Below, piece by piece: positions 1 to 9,070 of a DNA stretch of 64,000 nt (position 1 is the first letter of the stretch; every line of letters begins with the position of its first letter). The notes beneath the pieces were generated by a model. That model did not search any database, was not told the origin of the DNA, and saw only the letters and a program-made list of their open reading frames with translations. The stretch is from NCBI GenBank assembly GCA_004555725.1, contig SFHC01000012.1, positions 89 to 64,088 of the forward strand, written 5' to 3'. The position numbers were made by a program, and so were the translations under genes. This DNA comes from [Eubacterium] saphenum. GTDB taxonomy: Bacteria; Bacillota; Clostridia; Peptostreptococcales; Anaerovoracaceae.

Positions 1-2515
1 TACAATCATTCTTCATATAATCGATGAGTAAATCGATGAGGTCATCATTATTATGTACAATTTCCCCAAATCCCATCGTTTTATAATGAAACGTACCTTC
101 CGCATAATGCTGAGGAATCGCATTATGATGCAGATAAATAAGCGGTTTCCGCATATATGCAAAGTCAAACTGTATCCCGGAAAAATCAGTAATCATAAGG
201 CTTGATTCACAGAACTCTTTCTCATAGCTCATATCTGATACAGCCGGAATAATGTCAACATAATCATTTTTATCGAAGTCATCTACCTGCGGACTCACAA
301 TTGGATGCAGGACATAATGAATGCGGTATCCATATTTTTTTACAGCATACAGCAGCCTGGGATCATTGATCAAACTATTGAAAACCTTGTAGTACGCCGT
401 TTCTTTAAACAGAGGATTATAGTCTCGCTCAACGCCTTCATTTTTCGAAACAAGCATAGCTGCCTGCATTCTCCACGTTGGTGAAAGCAAAATCTGTTTC
501 TTTGCCCGATTTACAAGCCCGTCGTATCTAGGGACACCCGTGAGTCTCAAAGCATCATGCCCTGCATAATCATATACAGGCTTCATAAGATTTTCAATTT
601 CATATTTTGACGCACAGAAATAAAGTCTCGTATTATCTCTGAGTCGGCGTTGTGCAACAGCAATCTTCTGAACGCTCATACCGTGCTGTACACAGCAAAC
701 ATGAAATTTTACCAGGTCTCGGATGTATGCAGACAGATCGAGAGAATAATCATTAAAAGCAAACACCGTAGAATTGGATATAATCATCATATCGGCATTA
801 AGAAACACAAGCCGATGTTTTAAAGTTCCTCTTATAAGAGGTTTGAATCCTTCTTGTTTTAATCTTGAACAATCCGGAGCATTCTTATCAATTAAATAGT
901 AACAGTCAATACCGTCTTTCTTTTTAGCTGAATATTTATAGAGATACTCCGAAGAATCACCACCCTTATATATCTTGTCATAAAACATCCAGATCTTTTT
1001 ATTTTTGTATTTTGGCCTCGAAAGATGATAAATCAGTCGCAGACGTCCTACACGTCTAACCTCTTTATCACTGTTTGTAAGCATCTCCCAAAGCGACCGA
1101 ATCTCTCGATATGCCACATACCATTTTTTTGCCGGCCGGATTATGATGGATTTCCCTTTTTGGAAGGCAATGTATTTCCCGAATCTCCAATAGGCATAAC
1201 GATAGGAATTACTCAGACGGCTTGTATGTGATTTATATTCTGGTGAAAGCATATAATCTCTGCCATTGCAGCTCATAATAAACTGCAGCTCCTGCCGAGG
1301 CGATTTTTCCTTAATTGGAACAGAAGCATGAAAGCTGATACGTTTATACGCTGCCTGACCAAAATACTTCGTCAGGGAATACTCACCTCTGTATGCCACA
1401 GGATACTTTTTATTATCTAACATGACATAATAATTTACACGGTCTTTGCTATATAATGATGGAACGGACAGATCCATCTCCCATTTTCCGTGTGAGTATT
1501 CAATAAACTGCACATTTACATGTATTTTTCCCGTACCTTGAATGATATAATTTTTATATCCCAGCAGTAATGTGTTCCCCTTCATATAAAACTCAAAATC
1601 CAGGTCGTAATTGTTGTACTTCATCTGCAAAAGAAGTCTTATAAATACAGCATCCTTGTGATAATAATTTTGATCATCACGATCGTGGAGGATGATGGAA
1701 TCATCCACATATTGTAGAATATCTCCGATCTTATCCTTATAGTTTTTTGCAGTTTTCCCCTGAATTACGTGTTTATTTCGGTTATTCTTGTTTGCTGCCA
1801 TTCTACAGAGAATAAAATACAGTGCAAAATACTGTAAAAACATCGGAACAGAACCATTGCAGCTTTCCACCTCCTGCAGCAAGGGAATTAAAAAGTCGTC
1901 CACTGCTTCAATATACCATTCCCTTTGAATTTCACCGCTGTAGATACCAAAATGACAGTCACGCGGATGAATATAAGTATACACCTTTGAGCCATAACAA
2001 AAATATTTCTGTTTCTGCAGCAAAATACGCAGAAGAAAGTTCTTTTCTGACTCAATTCCTTTGTCCTGCCAGAGAGCAATGTATTCCTGAATATTCGGGA
2101 CCCATGTTCCGTTCAAGGTTACCGGGAAACTGAAAACATTAATATTCAGGTCAACAATCCCGTCTTGTATAATATCAGTGTTCTCGCAGCAGTCGCCCTC
2201 GTTATTCAGGACTTGATCATTAATTCTTTTACTGCAGGAAATGATCAGCCTCTCTTTATTTTTTTTCTTAAATGGGAGCTGAAAAAAATCATCGGTAAAC
2301 TGATCTCCCTCATCTACAGCAGTAATGTACTTTCCCTCTGCGTGTAAAAGCATATCTCCAATATACTTGTTTCTGTACACCGGATCTTCTATTTCCTGCA
2401 TAAGGATCTGCGCATTCGGACACAAAGCATGTATCTGTTTTAATGTAACTGTCGTATTACAATCGTCTGTAAAATATAAAACTGTTAATCTATTGTCATC
2501 CTTCATCTTTGACAT
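1..2515 (-). CDS. CDP-glycerol glycerophosphotransferase (TagB/TagF) family protein, C-terminus cut by window edge
   Basis: Absent from the ORF track because no stop lies in the window. My translation of the minus strand from ATG 2515-2513 (MSKMKDDNRLTVLYFTDD...) stays open to base 1 (about 838 codons). The frame at the start and at the C-terminal motifs is consistent. TagF-type motifs are present: KKQILLSPTWRMQ, YRIHYVLHPIV, ITDFSGIQFDFAYMRKPLIYL. I do not recognise a family for the N-terminal ~450 aa. Confidence 0.75.
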   Translation of the reverse strand, partial: MSKMKDDNRLTVLYFTDDCNTTVTLKQIHALCPNAQILMQEIEDPVYRNKYIGDMLLHAEGKYITAVDEGDQFTDDFFQLPFKKKNKERLIISCSKRINDQVLNNEGDCCENTDIIQDGIVDLNINVFSFPVTLNGTWVPNIQEYIALWQDKGIESEKNFLLRILLQKQKYFCYGSKVYTYIHPRDCHFGIYSGEIQREWYIEAVDDFLIPLLQEVESCNGSVPMFLQYFALYFILCRMAANKNNRNKHVIQGKTAKNYKDKIGDILQYVDDSIILHDRDDQNYYHKDAVFIRLLLQMKYNNYDLDFEFYMKGNTLLLGYKNYIIQGTGKIHVNVQFIEYSHGKWEMDLSVPSLYSKDRVNYYVMLDNKKYPVAYRGEYSLTKYFGQAAYKRISFHASVPIKEKSPRQELQFIMSCNGRDYMLSPEYKSHTSRLSNSYRYAYWRFGKYIAFQKGKSIIIRPAKKWYVAYREIRSLWEMLTNSDKEVRRVGRLRLIYHLSRPKYKNKKIWMFYDKIYKGGDSSEYLYKYSAKKKDGIDCYYLIDKNAPDCSRLKQEGFKPLIRGTLKHRLVFLNADMMIISNSTVFAFNDYSLDLSAYIRDLVKFHVCCVQHGMSVQKIAVAQRRLRDNTRLYFCASKYEIENLMKPVYDYAGHDALRLTGVPRYDGLVNRAKKQILLSPTWRMQAAMLVSKNEGVERDYNPLFKETAYYKVFNSLINDPRLLYAVKKYGYRIHYVLHPIVSPQVDDFDKNDYVDIIPAVSDMSYEKEFCESSLMITDFSGIQFDFAYMRKPLIYLHHNAIPQHYAEGTFHYKTMGFGEIVHNNDDLIDLLIDYMKNDC

Positions 2516-2704
2516 GTACCATCAATACTCCTATTATATTGCAATTACTAACTGCTTCATCTTACCACAAACATTCCAGTAATGACAGATTCACGTAAGC
2601 GGTACAATAACTTTCTTTCATTATAACTGAACTTATCTGAATCTAAATCTATAATCGCCCGCGTTCATACATACCATAAAGCAAAGTTGTTTATGCTATA
2701 TTTC

Positions 2705-4429
2705 TTATTTCGTCATCTCATAATACCTCGCGTACGTTCCCTCCTGTCCCAGAAGCTGTTCATGGGTGCCATGTTCTGTAATAACACCGTTTTCGATGAC
2801 CAGGATCTCATCTGCATTTCTGATTGTGGACAGGCGATGTGCTATTGTTATCGTCGTGCGATTCTGAGACAGCTTTTCCAGGCTCTTCTGGATGTACTGC
2901 TCACTTTCATTATCTAAGGCACTGGTCGCTTCGTCCAGAATCAGAATGGAAGGGTTCTTCAGGAAGATGCGGGCGATCGAAACCCTCTGTTTCTGTCCAC
3001 CGGAAAGACGCGTGCCACGTTCTCCGACAAAAGTATTGTAGCCGTCAGGAAGCGACAGAATGAATTCATGCAGATCTGCCTCTTTTGCAGCTTTTATTAT
3101 TTCATCATCCGATGCGCCCGGTTTTCCATACGCGATATTTTCCCTGATGGTTCCTGAGAAGATATAAACATCCTGCTGCACAATCCCGATTGTACTGCGG
3201 AGAGACGCCAGTTTTATATTCCTGACGTCCTGACCAGAAATTGTTATACTTCCTTCTGTCACATCATAGAAACGCGGAATCAGCGAACAAATCGTTGTCT
3301 TTCCGCCGCCGGACGGGCCGACGAGTGCAATGGATTTTCCATGCGGAACAGTAAAATCGATATCATTTAATACATCTTCATTTTCATCATACTGGAACGC
3401 AACATGATGGAATTCAATATCCCCATTTGGATCATTCAGGTCTTTTGCATCCTTTGCATCCACAATCTCAGGCTCTGCTTCGATTACCTCGCGAAAGCGC
3501 TTAAAGCCTGAAAATCCCTTCTGCAGCATTTCTGTAAGCTCCACCAGAATCTGAACTGGACTGATGAAGATACCAATGTAGAGCGCATACATCGCAAGAT
3601 CGGCCGCCGTCATCTCACCCTTTGCGATAAAATACCCGCCAAAGATAAGCGTAACCAGATACATCATGCCGATAAAGAATGTGTTGAGGCTCTGAAATGT
3701 CCCCATTGCTCTGTAATTATTCTTTTTAGAATGCAGGAACGCCTCATTTCCGGCGTCAAATTTTTCTTTTTCAATATCTTCATTTGCAAATGCCTGCACC
3801 ATACGGATGCCGGACAGCGAATCCTGCAGAGAAGCATTGATGTCCCCTATTTTCTTTCGATTATCCGTAAAAGTCGCCTGCATAGAACGGTTCTGTTTAA
3901 GTGACACCATGATCATAACCGCAACAACAGCAGCCAGGATAAACGCGAGCTTCCACTGAATCAAAAACAGAAATACAAAGGATCCGATTAATTTGACGAC
4001 CGAGATAAACAGATTTTCCGGTCCATGGTGCGCCATCTCTGAGATGTCAAACAAATCCGATACCAGTTTGCTCATCATTTGCCCGGTGTTATTTTTGTCA
4101 TAATAAGAGAAGGAAAGCTGTTCATAGTGTTCAAACAGCTCCTGACGCATATCCCTCTCCATCTTTGCGCCCATAATGTGCCCTTGACAGCTGACGTAGT
4201 ATTTACAAAGCGCCTGTATAATATAGGCCGCCAGAAAAGCGGCAGCAAGCAGCGGAAGTCGGCGCAGAATGGCCTGCCCATCGCGCAGAAACAGCGTATT
4301 CGTCAGCACGCGAAGTGCCTGCGGAAATGCAAGATCCACAAAACTGATCACTGCTGCACAGAACAGATCAAAGTAAAATACAGCGCGGTATGGCCTGTAA
4401 TACTGAATAAATTTACGAATTGTCCTCAT
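2705..4429 (-). CDS. ABC transporter ATP-binding/permease fusion (exporter type)
   Basis: 574 aa. N-terminal multi-TM exporter domain. Walker A GPSGGGKTT, signature LSGGQKQRVSIARIF, Walker B ILILDEATSALD. Confidence 0.9.
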   Translation of the reverse strand: MRTIRKFIQYYRPYRAVFYFDLFCAAVISFVDLAFPQALRVLTNTLFLRDGQAILRRLPLLAAAFLAAYIIQALCKYYVSCQGHIMGAKMERDMRQELFEHYEQLSFSYYDKNNTGQMMSKLVSDLFDISEMAHHGPENLFISVVKLIGSFVFLFLIQWKLAFILAAVVAVMIMVSLKQNRSMQATFTDNRKKIGDINASLQDSLSGIRMVQAFANEDIEKEKFDAGNEAFLHSKKNNYRAMGTFQSLNTFFIGMMYLVTLIFGGYFIAKGEMTAADLAMYALYIGIFISPVQILVELTEMLQKGFSGFKRFREVIEAEPEIVDAKDAKDLNDPNGDIEFHHVAFQYDENEDVLNDIDFTVPHGKSIALVGPSGGGKTTICSLIPRFYDVTEGSITISGQDVRNIKLASLRSTIGIVQQDVYIFSGTIRENIAYGKPGASDDEIIKAAKEADLHEFILSLPDGYNTFVGERGTRLSGGQKQRVSIARIFLKNPSILILDEATSALDNESEQYIQKSLEKLSQNRTTITIAHRLSTIRNADEILVIENGVITEHGTHEQLLGQEGTYARYYEMTK

Positions 4430-4508
4430 ATTATACTCCCATTCATCGAATGAAAAACTCTCAGGTTATTCCTAAACCTTAACATAAGAACATTTGTTCG
4501 TCAAGCAT

Positions 4509-4549
4509 AAAAAATACCACACATTGGATTTTTATCCTCTGTGCGGTAT
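4509..4549 (-). terminator. rho-independent terminator after the nuclease gene
   Basis: Minus strand reads ATACCGCACA...TGTGTGGTAT followed by TTTTTT. Confidence 0.6.
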
Positions 4550-4577
4550 TTCCTTGCCTGTATTCATTTTGTCTAAT

Positions 4578-5672
4578 CTATGGATTGCAGATCTTACACG
4601 GACGATACCCATGCTGAATCAGGAATGAACGTTTTACACGCATGCTCCTCTTATTCCTCGGCAGTGTGCGGTTGGCTGCGCTGCATCCCGGCCTGTGGAA
4701 GACCTTGGTATTGACGTTCACAACATAAGTCTGTCTGGCATTGCTGTGCGAGCCGCTTCCGGAAGAACTGCCGGAATTTCCATAAGACGGCGTGCTTCCT
4801 CCGTGCGTTCCGGACTCTCCGTTAAGCGCCCGGCTGTCACCTGTCGCATAATTGATCTTAACGCCGGGCTGTACGTTGTAGCAGTATATGTTAAACCGGA
4901 TGCCTCTGCCGTGATCTTCGACGGACTCCGCCTCCATATGAACACCCCTGGCTACGAGTTCACGTCCCTTGAAAATCGGTGTGACTCTGTACAGCACATG
5001 ATGCCCGGTGCTTCTTACATACTGCGCAACCTCTGACTCAAACGGCTCCATTCCGTCAACATTCATATACCTCGTTCCGGTAATCAGATTTCTCTCATTG
5101 GCGTTTTCGCCGGTCAGCTGGTAGCCGATCAGATGGCAGCGGTTGTACAGATATTTCCCATCCACAAATGAATAGCGAATTGTATGCCATCCAGTCGGTT
5201 TGATCATTCCGATGCTTCCGCGTTTTTCTGTCGGCATCAGGTCCCGTCCGATGTTCGCGATACAGCTTGTGCACCGTCCGAGGGAGTCCATGGCTCCGTA
5301 TTTCTCATAGGAGCGCCTGATCAGCTGCGAAGATGAAAATCCGGGACGATTGCCATTGACCTTAACATAAGGACTGTTTTTATATGCCGGAATGGAGGAC
5401 AAATTTAACGCGCCAGAGGACGACCGGCTTTGAGAAGATGACGCTTTTGCCGTGATATGAGAAACAACTTTTTTAACCTTTTCCGAAGTATTCTTTGCCT
5501 GCTCCGTCTGCGTCTTCGACTTGGCCGGGCTGCTGCTCTGTTCAGAAGAAGTGCTTCCGCATCCGGCCATGGTGAACGTCATCGCCGCAGCAAGCGCAAT
5601 TGTGAGAATCAGCCGTCCTATTCTGCGCCCTGCTGCATGTGCAGTTCCGTATTCTTTGCTATTCTTTTCCAT
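4578..5672 (-). CDS. secreted/lipoprotein DNA/RNA non-specific endonuclease with C-terminal Cys4 zinc motif
   Basis: Start moved to ATG 5672 (GGAGAG RBS about 6 nt upstream; the track start at 5693 is TTG). Lipobox-like FTMAGCGS. Nuclease core RCHLIGYQLTGENANERNLITGTRYMN. C-terminal FHRPGCS...YRPCKICNP resembles an Ada-type metal-binding domain. Confidence 0.8.
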   Translation of the reverse strand: MEKNSKEYGTAHAAGRRIGRLILTIALAAAMTFTMAGCGSTSSEQSSSPAKSKTQTEQAKNTSEKVKKVVSHITAKASSSQSRSSSGALNLSSIPAYKNSPYVKVNGNRPGFSSSQLIRRSYEKYGAMDSLGRCTSCIANIGRDLMPTEKRGSIGMIKPTGWHTIRYSFVDGKYLYNRCHLIGYQLTGENANERNLITGTRYMNVDGMEPFESEVAQYVRSTGHHVLYRVTPIFKGRELVARGVHMEAESVEDHGRGIRFNIYCYNVQPGVKINYATGDSRALNGESGTHGGSTPSYGNSGSSSGSGSHSNARQTYVVNVNTKVFHRPGCSAANRTLPRNKRSMRVKRSFLIQHGYRPCKICNP

Positions 5673-5797
5673 GATCACTCTCCATTTCCTCAAAGAAATT
5701 GTTTGGTAAAGTTCAGAATAAGTATATCATGGAAACAGGTGTTCTGAATACCCGATGCCGTCAAAAACATTCGGTAAGTCTGCCGGTCACTGTGTGC

Positions 5798-5923
5798 CTA
5801 TTGAATTGGAAGGGAAACATGCATTTCTTTCAGTGCCTCTTCCAGTGCGGCATTGAAGCCGTCAATGTCTTCCGGTGTGATTGCTCCGAGGCTGCAGAGG
5901 CGGAACAGTTTCTCCAACACAGC
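5798..5923 (-). pseudogene. relic 3' end of a class V-like aminotransferase gene
   Basis: Minus-strand frame reads (stop)RAVLEKLFRLCSLGAITPEDIDGFNAALEEALKEMHVSLPIQ(stop). It has no ATG and no upstream coding sequence. FR(L/I)xxxG...ITxEDID...ALEEAL is the typical C-terminal tail of class V aminotransferases. Confidence 0.3.
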
Positions 5924-5944
5924 CCGTCATGCATACGGGCGCAC

Positions 5945-5990
5945 TAAAAAACGCATAGATATTGCATATTATCAGCACTATATCTATGCG
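5945..5990 (-). terminator. rho-independent terminator of the nhaC transcript
   Basis: Perfect 12-bp stem ACGCATAGATAT / ATATCTATGCGT, followed on the minus strand by TTTTTT. Confidence 0.7.
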
Positions 5991-6004
5991 TTACTCAGGC
6001 CGAA

Positions 6005-6310
6005 CCAGCATATACGACACAGCACTTGCCGCTCGCAGTTCGCTGCGCTCTCGCTTGCGGGTGCTGCCAGCATAAGGAATCCCCGCTGCTTCTGCTTCGC
6101 TCTCGCTTGCAGTCGCAGGGGCGATTCCATTAAGCAGTCCTCAATTATCTGTGCTTCACTCATGCTTGCACAAATAAAGGCAACTGCATTATACGACGTG
6201 TCGCTAGCCAATCGCGGTTCGCGCTGCTCCCGCTCTTGGGCGCCACCAGCATAAGGAGTTCCCATCGCTCAGCCGTCGCTTACGCTCGGCTTCGCGAGGG
6301 CAACTCCATT
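6005..6310. repeat. four degenerate ~62-nt GC-rich hairpin-forming repeats (two 130-nt double units)
   Basis: Sub-units begin at 6005 (CAGCATATACGAC), 6067 (CAGCATAAGGAATCCCC), 6183 (CTGCATTATACGAC) and 6246 (CAGCATAAGGAGTTCCC). The core CGCTCTCGCTTGC is shared. Each sub-unit folds into a long imperfect hairpin. They lie between the nhaC stop codon and its terminator. Confidence 0.6.
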
Positions 6311-7964
6311 ACAGCGTATCTGGGTCTACAGCGCCGATAGCGGCGGTTCTCATGTCGTCGTTCGGGTTGATCTTGCGGATAAAGAGCAGAACCAGAATGA
6401 CCATGAGGATTCCGCACGGGAGGGAAATCCATGCGCTTCTGGTGAATCCAGCGATAATGTAAGTAACGCAGGAAATTGCCGCTACAGTCATGGCATACGG
6501 GAGCTGTGTGGATACGTGATTCATATGGTAGCACTGCGCTCCGGCAGAGGACATGATGGTCGTGTCGGAAATCGGCGAGCAGTGGTCTCCGCAGACGGCG
6601 CCGGCCATGCATGCGGAAATCGCGATGATCATCAGCTTATAATCAGAAGACCCAAAGACTCCGGTGACGATTGGGATCAGGATTCCGAATGTTCCCCAGG
6701 ATGTTCCTGTAGCAAACGCCAGGATGCAGCCGATCACAAAGACGATTGCCGGAAGCAGGGACATATAGTTGGACGCATAGGTCTGAACAAAATGCTTGAC
6801 GAATACGGTGGAACCGAGGCTGTCGGTCATAGCCTTCAGAGACCATGCAAATGTCAGAATCAGGATCGGCGCTACCATTGCCTGGAATCCCTCTGGAAGA
6901 CATCCCATAAATTCTTCAAACGTCATGATTCTGCGAACCATATAGAAAATCAGGGTGAAGACCAGTGCGAAGAATGATCCGTATGCAAGTCCGACAGATG
7001 CGTCGCTTCCTGCAAATGCCTTAACCAGTGAAGTTCCCGAGAAGAATCCTCCGGTATAGATCATACCGAGTACGCAGCAGATAATCAGCACGATGATCGG
7101 AATTACCATATCCGCGACCGTTCCTCTGCTGTTCGGAATTTCAGATTCTTCCGGATAAGGGCGCTCCGATGTTGTATACAAGTCGTTATTGTGAATCGCA
7201 TTTCTTTCATGCTCAACCATCGGACCAAACTCCGTCTGCGTCATTACGATAGAGAACATGAACACGATGGTCAGCAGCGCATAGAAATTATACGGAATGC
7301 ACTGAATAAACACCGTAAAACCGTTATGTCCTTTTACCATACCGGAAACAGCTGCCGCCCAGGAAGAAATCGGAGCGATTACACAGACCGGCGCAGCAGT
7401 CGCGTCAATCAGATAGGCGAGCTTAGCTCTGGAAATATGGTGGTGGTCTGTGATTGGACGCATAACGGATCCCACTGTCAGACAGTTAAAATAGTCGTCG
7501 ATGAAAATCAGAATGCCGAGAACAATCGTCGCGATGGATGCACCCCTTCTCGATTTAATGTGCTTTGACGCCCACTTTCCAAACGCTGCAGATCCTCCTG
7601 CCTTGTTCATCAGTGCAACCAGCACACCCAGAATGACCAGGAAAATCAGAATTCCTACATCATAACTGTCGGACAGGGATGCAATCAGTCCATCCTTATA
7701 GACATGATTCATCGTTCCGGAAAAACTGAATCCAGAATACAACAGTCCGCCCGCGATAATTCCAACAAACAGTGAACTGTATACTTCCTTAGTGACCAGC
7801 GCAAGGCCGATTGCGATTGCCGGCGGCACCAGAGACCATGCCGTGTTTCTGGCACTGTCCTTGGTTGTCACCATCGCCGCGATGATCATAAACACAATGA
7901 CCACGCCAAAAGCGATCAGACTGGCAAGACCGCGCCTGCTTTTTTTCTCTTTCTGATTACTCAT
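6309..7964 (-). CDS. nhaC: Na+/H+ antiporter NhaC family transporter (riboswitch context suggests a lysine-related substrate)
   Basis: Start moved to ATG 7964 (MSNQKEKK; RBS AGAGGAG 10 nt upstream). 551 aa polytopic membrane protein with the NhaC-family block IFIDDYFNCLTVGSVMRPITD...AYLIDATAAPVCVIAPISSW. The track ORF 6309..8255 extends falsely over the riboswitch. Confidence 0.85.
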   Translation of the reverse strand: MSNQKEKKSRRGLASLIAFGVVIVFMIIAAMVTTKDSARNTAWSLVPPAIAIGLALVTKEVYSSLFVGIIAGGLLYSGFSFSGTMNHVYKDGLIASLSDSYDVGILIFLVILGVLVALMNKAGGSAAFGKWASKHIKSRRGASIATIVLGILIFIDDYFNCLTVGSVMRPITDHHHISRAKLAYLIDATAAPVCVIAPISSWAAAVSGMVKGHNGFTVFIQCIPYNFYALLTIVFMFSIVMTQTEFGPMVEHERNAIHNNDLYTTSERPYPEESEIPNSRGTVADMVIPIIVLIICCVLGMIYTGGFFSGTSLVKAFAGSDASVGLAYGSFFALVFTLIFYMVRRIMTFEEFMGCLPEGFQAMVAPILILTFAWSLKAMTDSLGSTVFVKHFVQTYASNYMSLLPAIVFVIGCILAFATGTSWGTFGILIPIVTGVFGSSDYKLMIIAISACMAGAVCGDHCSPISDTTIMSSAGAQCYHMNHVSTQLPYAMTVAAISCVTYIIAGFTRSAWISLPCGILMVILVLLFIRKINPNDDMRTAAIGAVDPDTL

Positions 7965-8013
7965 GAGCAATCTACTCCTCTCTTTTCCAAAGAAATATAA
8001 ACGGAATAACTTC

Positions 8014-8300
8014 ATAAAAATAAACAGCTGATGCGAAATCAGCTGCCTGAACATTTCCATATACAGCGCGACCGTCTGCGTCTCTGTCCGCAGCGTCATA
8101 CGACAAAAAATAATCGCGCAAGGTGAATCCAGGATAGCTCTCCGCACTTCTGCGACAGTCGCACAGATCTTATTCTGTACGCCCAGCTGAAACTGTCTGT
8201 ACACAAACGGTCCAACCTCGGCGCCTGTACCTTTCCTCCTCCCGGACATGTACATCCTATACAGGAAGGCTACTCATTAAACAGGCGCGCCTCTATCTCT
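8014..8300 (-). promoter_or_regulatory. lysine riboswitch (L box) with intrinsic terminator
   Basis: Minus strand reads GATAGAGGCGCGCC..AATGAGTAGCC..GGGAGGAGGAAAGG..GGCGCCGAGG..CTGG..ACTGTCGCAG..GGAGAGCTATC, matching the conserved L-box blocks. It is followed by hairpin CAGCTGAT/ATCAGCTG plus TTTATTTTT (8014-8045). Confidence 0.85.
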
Positions 8301-8383
8301 TCTGTTTATTATGTTACCTAGTGTCGCACAGATTCATCTCGCTGTCAACCCTGTACGGCAATATTTGCATTGATTTTTGTGCA

Positions 8384-8426
8384 GAATAACAAAATCCCGG
8401 GAATGTGCACACGCTGTTCCCGGGAT
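8384..8426 (-). terminator. rho-independent terminator after the histidine phosphatase gene
   Basis: Stem ATCCCGGGAA / TTCCCGGGAT, then TTTTGTTATT on the minus strand. Confidence 0.6.
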
Positions 8427-8433
8427 TAGACAA

Positions 8434-9054
8434 TTAACGAAACGTCGGCACCGGAGGTGTCATTCTCTCAGGATTTGAAAATGACTCCCCGTCCGTTCGG
8501 ATATAGAAAATACAGCAGTTGCCAAGCGGCGTCTTCCAGCAGGCACGGTCACCGGTCAAAGCGGTCAGAATACCATGCAGCGCCATACCATGTGTCACAG
8601 CCAGAACAGTTTCTTCCGCAGCAGATGCATCAGACCCCTGCGCTGCCTGCTTCACCGCATCCAGAAATCCGTTCACCCGGCTGATCAGATGGTCTGCATC
8701 TTCCACACCTGCAATGGGTGTTCCTTTCCAGGGATCATTCACATACTCCATCTCCTCCGCAGAAAGATCTTCCCATTTCTTTCCCTCAATCGGTCCAAAA
8801 TCAATTTCCAGCAGACGGGGATCCGTCTTAATCTCACCCTGTGGGCAGCCGCTGACCAGCGACGCCGTTTCCACGGCTCTCGACAGCGGACTTGCGTATA
8901 CACGAGAAAACTGGATTCCTCTTGCCTGAAACCATTTCGCGGCCTTTTCCGCCTGCGCTTTTCCTGCGTCATTCAACGCGATATCTCTCTGCCCCTGCAG
9001 CAAATGCTTCTGATTATATGGGGTTTCTCCATGCCTCATGAAATAAATGTCCAT
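8434..9054 (-). CDS. histidine phosphatase family protein (phosphoglycerate mutase-like)
   Basis: 206 aa. N-terminal RHG motif (YFMRHGETPYN) and ASPLSRAVETA block. Confidence 0.85.
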   Translation of the reverse strand: MDIYFMRHGETPYNQKHLLQGQRDIALNDAGKAQAEKAAKWFQARGIQFSRVYASPLSRAVETASLVSGCPQGEIKTDPRLLEIDFGPIEGKKWEDLSAEEMEYVNDPWKGTPIAGVEDADHLISRVNGFLDAVKQAAQGSDASAAEETVLAVTHGMALHGILTALTGDRACWKTPLGNCCIFYIRTDGESFSNPERMTPPVPTFR

Positions 9055-9070
9055 CTTCTGCCTTCCGTAT

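Noticed and set aside
6005-6310. CRISPR array
   Set aside because: The repeats are degenerate and about 62 nt long, and they are contiguous or separated by one 47-nt gap with no unique spacers of regular size. There are no cas genes in the window.
7965-8255. N-terminal ~97 codons of the track ORF 6309..8255
   Set aside because: This stretch is the lysine riboswitch and its terminator read as protein. A good RBS and ATG at 7964 begins the membrane protein proper.
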